Virus record (IMG/VR): IMGVR_UViG_3300032240_001991
Span: 262,659 to 326,658 of that record
Length of the DNA stretch: 64,000 bases
Direction: 5' to 3' (one strand)
Shown here in pieces: positions 58,763-64,000 of this stretch. The number at the start of each line of letters is the position of its first letter. Positions within the stretch are counted from its first letter, which is position 1. A program made the position numbers and the translations under genes. Below the pieces are notes generated by a model. It searched no databases. It was not told the DNA's origin and saw only the letters and a list, made by a program, of their open reading frames with translations.

Positions 58763-60370
58763 ATGACTGCATATAGTTCGTTTAAACCAGGTGGCGTATC
58801 GTCGCTTACAGCAGGAACAGGTACTAGTGTTAATACTTCAACAGGAGCAGTAACTGTATGGGTTAGCGGACAATTTACCTCAACTTTTACTATCGCTAAT
58901 AACACTACAGCAACTAGCACAAACACTGGTGCATTAGTTGTTTATGGCGGAGTAGGGATAGGTAAAGATTTATATATTGGTGGAAACGCATATGCTAACG
59001 GAGCCGCCGTTGTTACTAGTGCTACTATCAATCAGTATGCAAGCCAGATTACTATATTTGCAGGAACAGATACTGCAATTAATACAACAACTGGAGCAAT
59101 CACTGTTTGGAATACATCAACTCTACAAAGTGTAACTAATAGAGGTGCTGCAACAACAAATATTATTAGTATTACAAATGCTACACAATCTTTTTCTACA
59201 ATTACAGGTGCTCTTACAATTTCAGGAGGTGTTGGAATTGGAAAAGATTTATATGTAGGAGGAAACGCATACATTGGTGGCGCAATTGCAATTACAACAG
59301 CGACCATTGCTCAGTATGCAGCAGGTGCAAATATATTTGTGGCAGGAACAGATACTGCTATCAGTACAGTCTCAAATGTTGTCAATATTTGGAATACGTC
59401 AACCTTAGCGTCAGTAACTGCTCGAGGTTCAACTACTCCTAGTCAAATTTCTGTAACAAATACAACAAGTTCTGTATCAACTACTACTGGGGCTGTTGTT
59501 ATATCAGGGGGTTTAGGCGTAGGCGAAGCAATTAATGCATCTTTAATTTACGAAAACGGAGCAAGAGTTGTAACTACCGCAACCGCACAGCAGTTTGGTG
59601 TTAGTTATATTGCTGCGGGCACCGATATTTTTGTTAATACAAATACAGGTGTAGTAACAGTTAGCGACATATCAACCCTACAAAGTGTAACCACTAGGGG
59701 CGCATCGTCAAATAAAATAATTACTTTAAGTAATCTTACTGAAAGTACAGGTACTATTTCTGGAGCATTAGTAGTATCAGGCGGAGTTGGTATTGGTAAG
59801 AATTTAACTGTAGGAGGAAAAGTAACCGCAGCAATAGTAACTGCTACTACAGTTAATGCTACAGAAGCATTTATTAATAATTTAAGTGTAATAACGGTTG
59901 ACTCAGCAGGAACAATAAATGCTGCTCAAATTAACGGATATTCTATCACTTCAAGTTATCTAACGGTAAACACTGCTACATTCTTAAGTGCGGCAACCTT
60001 CTTAGGACCTATTTCTTTCCAACAAACAACGTTAGATACGTATGTTACTACAGTTACAACTACTGCAACTGTGTTAGTTGGCAACTTCTCTATTCAACAA
60101 TACAGAAGCTGCAAAGCAATGATTCAAATTGAAGACCCGGGTGTAAACTACCAGATGTTAGAAATTGTAATGATTTTTGACCAAAGCGGAGCAATTTATA
60201 AGAGTGAATACGGTATTATTAGTACTAATCCTCAAGAATCTGGCTCTTTTAGTGCAGATTACAGTAGCCCTTACATAAGATTATTCTTTACAGCATTTAC
60301 ACCATCTACAAAAACTATTACAGTTACTAAGACTAGTATACCAAGGCGCGATTTTACGGGCGTTATCTAA
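58763..60370 (+). CDS. Fibre protein with TGAL.V.GGVGIGK repeats
   Basis: Repeated WNTSTLQSVTxRG and TGALVVxGGVGIGKDLY modules. Confidence 0.7.
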   Translation: MTAYSSFKPGGVSSLTAGTGTSVNTSTGAVTVWVSGQFTSTFTIANNTTATSTNTGALVVYGGVGIGKDLYIGGNAYANGAAVVTSATINQYASQITIFAGTDTAINTTTGAITVWNTSTLQSVTNRGAATTNIISITNATQSFSTITGALTISGGVGIGKDLYVGGNAYIGGAIAITTATIAQYAAGANIFVAGTDTAISTVSNVVNIWNTSTLASVTARGSTTPSQISVTNTTSSVSTTTGAVVISGGLGVGEAINASLIYENGARVVTTATAQQFGVSYIAAGTDIFVNTNTGVVTVSDISTLQSVTTRGASSNKIITLSNLTESTGTISGALVVSGGVGIGKNLTVGGKVTAAIVTATTVNATEAFINNLSVITVDSAGTINAAQINGYSITSSYLTVNTATFLSAATFLGPISFQQTTLDTYVTTVTTTATVLVGNFSIQQYRSCKAMIQIEDPGVNYQMLEIVMIFDQSGAIYKSEYGIISTNPQESGSFSADYSSPYIRLFFTAFTPSTKTITVTKTSIPRRDFTGVI

Positions 60371-60397
60371 ATAAATATTGGAAATTGAGAACAAATA

Positions 60398-62725
60398 ATG
60401 ACAACTAATTACAATTTTGTCGTACGAAATGGGCTAGTTGTCCGCGGAACAGACGTCTCAACTTCAACAACAACTGGTGCTGTTATTGTAGCTGGAGGGG
60501 TTGGCGTTGGCGGTTCTTTATATGCGACTCAAATATATGAAGGCACTGCTCGGGTCTTAACCACTGCAACCCTTGGTAGTTTTGGTGTTTCTGCTATATA
60601 TGCAGGAACCGGAACTGCTATTAGTACTTCCACTGGTGCGGTTACTATTTGGGCAACTGGCGGTGGCGGTGGCGGTTCGCAAACACTGCAACAAGTTACT
60701 GATCTTGGATCAACTACTACAAATGCCTTAACTATCACCAACAACACTCAAAGTACAGGAACAGCAACCGGTGCATTAAAAATTGTAGGTGGCGTTGGAA
60801 TTGGTGGTAATCTATATGTAGGAAATTCTGCATACGTAGGCGGGTCGGCCGTAATTACTACTGCAACCTTAAACACTTATGTTGTTCAGACTTCTATATT
60901 AGCAGGAACAGATACTGCGGTTAGTACTACAACTGGTGTTGTATCTATTTGGAATACTTCTACATTACAGAGTATTACAAATCGAGGTTCAATTACTACT
61001 AACGATATTAAGATTTCTAGTACAACGGCTGCTACTTCTACAAATACAGGAGCATTACAAGTTGTTGGCGGAGTTGGTATTGGCGGCGGCCTATATGCAG
61101 GACAAGATTCTTATATAAAAGGAGCATTAGTTTTAACCAGTGCTACTGTTAATTCATATGTAGCACCGTCAACTGCTATTTTTGCAGGCACCGATACCGC
61201 AGTTAGCACATCAACCGGCAATGTTTATATATGGAATACTTCTACATTACAAAGTGTTACTGCTAGGGGTTCAACAACCTCATACGCAATTTCAATAACT
61301 AATCCAACTTCTTCAATATCTACAACAACTGGCGCATTAACTGTGTTAGGGGGAGTAGGGGTTGGAGGAAATTTATATGCATCCGCTCTTTATGACAACG
61401 GAGCTAGGGCATTAACTACTGCTTCTATTAGTATTTTTGGTGTTACGTCGCTTACTGCCGGAACTGGAACAGCAGTTAGCAGTTCAACAGGCGCTATCAC
61501 TATATGGAGCTCAGACGATCTACAAACAATAACAGATCGCGGATCCTCAACTACAAATGCAGTTAGTATACTGAATACTATATCGAGCACTAATACTGAT
61601 ACAGATCAGGCTTTACTAGTTTCAGGAGGCATCGGTGCAAACATAATAGTAGCGTCAAAATTCTTGCAAGACGGTACCGAGCTAGTAAAATCAGTAACAC
61701 CTGCTGAGGGAATTGGCATTGGAATTGCAAATCTATATAGTGCAGGTCCAGATGTTACATTTGATATTCTTAATTTTGGTGTTACTAGTATAGAAAGTGG
61801 ATCCGAATCTCTGATTATCAGTGCTAATACTGGCTCGGTAGTTATTAGCCTTAGTACGTCAACAACTGCTACATACGCATCTTTCAAAATTACAGGAACA
61901 GAAGATAGCATTAGTACCAATACTGGTGCGTTGCAGGTAGTTGGTGGCGTAGGTATAGGTAAGTCCATTACTGTTGGTAATACTGCATCTGTGCGTGGAA
62001 CTTTTTATAGAACTGGAAATATTACAGCACCAGATTGGCAAAGTGCCGGTATCGCATTAGTTAGCTCAACCGCTACCTATACAGCAACTGCACTTACGGG
62101 ATTACAAGGTCTAATTTCCGTCAACGCATTTGGCGTGCCAACACTGGCTTCTACTCAAACACCAATATATTCTGATGCTGCAACAGTTTATATAGCAGGA
62201 GCTCCATCTCAAGGGGCGGGTGTAACTATTACTAATCCGTGGAGCTTATACGTAGCTAGCGGAAGCGTAAAAATTGCTGGAAATGCAGCTAGCGTTTCGC
62301 CTACTACAGGCGCATTTCAAGTCGCTGGCGGAGTTGGAATTGGTGGAGATCTAAATGTTTCTGGTTCTGGCTCGTTTAATACTACAGGAGTAACCATTGG
62401 ACCGTCGTTAGTTAGCGGTTATACTAGTGGTGTAATTTCTTCTGGAGGGTCAAGAAGCTTAGATTCCTTTTCAACTAGCACCTATAGAACTGCTAGATAC
62501 ACAGTGCAAATAGTTGACGGAACTAGAGTGCATGTTGCTGAAATGACATTATTTCATGATAACACCGCAGTTTATAAAAACGAATACGGCATTACTACTA
62601 ATAACGGTGAATTAGGAACATTTGATGCAACAATAGGAGGAGGAAGTGTTGTTCTAACATTTACTCCTAATTATACTCCTTCTGCAATGACAATTAAAGC
62701 AACTAGAACAGCAATAACGTCTTAA
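60398..62725 (+). CDS. Fibre protein with TGAL.V.GGVGIG repeats
   Basis: Same modules as 58763..60370 and a related C-terminal domain (YRTARYTVQI...E....D.......EYG). Confidence 0.7.
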   Translation: MTTNYNFVVRNGLVVRGTDVSTSTTTGAVIVAGGVGVGGSLYATQIYEGTARVLTTATLGSFGVSAIYAGTGTAISTSTGAVTIWATGGGGGGSQTLQQVTDLGSTTTNALTITNNTQSTGTATGALKIVGGVGIGGNLYVGNSAYVGGSAVITTATLNTYVVQTSILAGTDTAVSTTTGVVSIWNTSTLQSITNRGSITTNDIKISSTTAATSTNTGALQVVGGVGIGGGLYAGQDSYIKGALVLTSATVNSYVAPSTAIFAGTDTAVSTSTGNVYIWNTSTLQSVTARGSTTSYAISITNPTSSISTTTGALTVLGGVGVGGNLYASALYDNGARALTTASISIFGVTSLTAGTGTAVSSSTGAITIWSSDDLQTITDRGSSTTNAVSILNTISSTNTDTDQALLVSGGIGANIIVASKFLQDGTELVKSVTPAEGIGIGIANLYSAGPDVTFDILNFGVTSIESGSESLIISANTGSVVISLSTSTTATYASFKITGTEDSISTNTGALQVVGGVGIGKSITVGNTASVRGTFYRTGNITAPDWQSAGIALVSSTATYTATALTGLQGLISVNAFGVPTLASTQTPIYSDAATVYIAGAPSQGAGVTITNPWSLYVASGSVKIAGNAASVSPTTGAFQVAGGVGIGGDLNVSGSGSFNTTGVTIGPSLVSGYTSGVISSGGSRSLDSFSTSTYRTARYTVQIVDGTRVHVAEMTLFHDNTAVYKNEYGITTNNGELGTFDATIGGGSVVLTFTPNYTPSAMTIKATRTAITS

Positions 62726-62808
62726 TTTTTGAACTGACTCTTATCTTTCTACTTCGATAAATATTAGAATGTAACACGCCGTTACGTGGATAGGGAAACG
62801 AATGGCAC

Positions 62809-64000
62809 ATGGCGAATAGTAATGATTTTATAGTCAGTAATGGCCTCGTGGTTAAAACCACAGCCACCATACAGTCGCAGACTTCTGCAACTAGTACCAC
62901 CACGGGAGCATTAATTGTTAGCGGCGGCGTTGGTATTGGTAAAAATTTATATGTTAACGGGCATATAGTTCTTAACGGAATAGATGTAGGATACGGATTC
63001 ACCGGCAGTTTAGGATTAGGTCCAATAGGATTTATTGGTAGCGCAGGCGGGTATTCCGGAAGTCAGGGAAACCAAGGACCATTAGGCCCACTTGGTTATA
63101 CAGGGTCGGGAGCTGTAGGCGGCCAAGGTAGTGTAGGAACGTTAGGTCCACTTGGACCAATAGGATTTATTGGTAGCCAGGGTAGCCAAGGCCCACTTGG
63201 ACCAATAGGATTTATCGGTAGCCAGGGCGGGCAAGGAAATCAAGGCCCATTAGGACCAATAGGATTTATTGGTAGCCAAGGCGGGCAAGGAAATCAAGGC
63301 CCACTAGGACCAATAGGATTTATTGGTAGTCAGGGCAGAGACGGACCATTAGGTCCATTAGGTCCGTTAGGCCCAATAGGATTTTCAGGTAGTCAAGGCA
63401 TATTAGGTCCATTAGGTCCATTAGGTCCGTTAGGTCCAATAGGCTATACTGGGTCAAATGGTAGTGTTGGAACCTTAGGTCCATTAGGTCCACTAGGCCC
63501 AATTGGCTTTATTGGTAGTCAAGGCAGAGACGGACCGTTAGGTCCATTAGGGCCAATAGGACCGCAAGGTGTCCAGGGCCCACTTGGTCCAATAGGATTT
63601 ATTGGTAGCCAAGGCAATTCTGGTCCGTTAGGTCCGTTGGGTCCCTTAGGCCCAATAGGATTTATTGGTAGCCAAGGTGTACAAGGTCCCCTAGGCCCAA
63701 TAGGATTTATTGGTAGCCAAGGAGCACAAGGCCCAATAGGATTTATTGGTAGCCAAGGTAATTCTGGTCCATTAGGTCCTTTAGGTCCTCTAGGTTATGT
63801 TGGTAGCCAAGGTATTGGTCCAATAGGATTTATCGGTAGTCAAGGCAATTCTGGTCCGTTAGGTCCGTTAGGTCCGTTAGGTTATACTGGTAGTTTAGGA
63901 AATCAAGGTCCGTTAGGTCCAATAGGATTTTCAGGTAGTCAAGGTGTACAAGGTCCATTAGGTCCAATAGGATTTATTGGTAGTCAAGGTGTACAAGGTC
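62809..64000 (+). CDS. Second collagen-like fibre protein, truncated at the right edge (missing from the ORF track)
   Basis: Hand translation: MANSNDFIVSNGLVVKTTATIQSQTSATSTTTGALIVSGGVGIGKNLYVNG..., then GPI/GFI/GSQ triplets to the window end. Confidence 0.85.
   Translation, partial: MANSNDFIVSNGLVVKTTATIQSQTSATSTTTGALIVSGGVGIGKNLYVNGHIVLNGIDVGYGFTGSLGLGPIGFIGSAGGYSGSQGNQGPLGPLGYTGSGAVGGQGSVGTLGPLGPIGFIGSQGSQGPLGPIGFIGSQGGQGNQGPLGPIGFIGSQGGQGNQGPLGPIGFIGSQGRDGPLGPLGPLGPIGFSGSQGILGPLGPLGPLGPIGYTGSNGSVGTLGPLGPLGPIGFIGSQGRDGPLGPLGPIGPQGVQGPLGPIGFIGSQGNSGPLGPLGPLGPIGFIGSQGVQGPLGPIGFIGSQGAQGPIGFIGSQGNSGPLGPLGPLGYVGSQGIGPIGFIGSQGNSGPLGPLGPLGYTGSLGNQGPLGPIGFSGSQGVQGPLGPIGFIGSQGVQG

Noticed and set aside
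54401-64000. Collagen and fibre repeats as a CRISPR array or DGR template/variable repeat pair
   Set aside because: Unit lengths are multiples of 3 and coding. There is no reverse transcriptase in the window and no adenine-specific mismatch pattern was noticed.
1-64000. Stop-codon reassignment as seen in some jumbo phages
   Set aside because: Genes up to 13 kb are intact and tightly packed under the standard code; the only split gene is explained by a slippery site.

Overview
The window is a 64 kb AT-rich segment of a large T4-like (jumbo/mega) myophage and is almost all virion morphogenesis genes. Minus strand, 1-26 kb: baseplate and tail-fibre cluster (gp54/48-like, gp53-like, hub, gp5-like spike, gp25, gp6, a 4396-aa giant wedge-like protein, short fibres). 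Plus strand, 26.1-30.7 kb: gp55-like late sigma factor, gp47/gp46 nuclease, an Hc1-like histone-H1-type protein and a GIY-YIG nuclease, followed by a ~430-nt hairpin-dense non-coding region. Next come a gp26-like chaperone, a tape-measure-like gene, the head module (gp20 portal, core proteins, gp21, gp22, gp23) and a long fibre/appendage cluster running off the right end. Best leads: (1) a candidate large structured ncRNA directly behind the GIY-YIG gene; (2) a -1 slippery site (T TTT TTC) fusing the gp26-like gene to an unannotated gp51-like ORF, as in lambda G/GT; (3) ten ~160-aa CxRD repeats in a 2515-aa virion protein that resemble the bilin-binding helix of phycobiliproteins; (4) about 15 NTAAATA late-promoter boxes, several positioned to give leaderless mRNAs; (5) structured 5' leaders upstream of two structural genes. 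All protein assignments come from motif recognition and synteny; no database search was run. No tRNA, rRNA, CRISPR array or recoded stop codons were seen.
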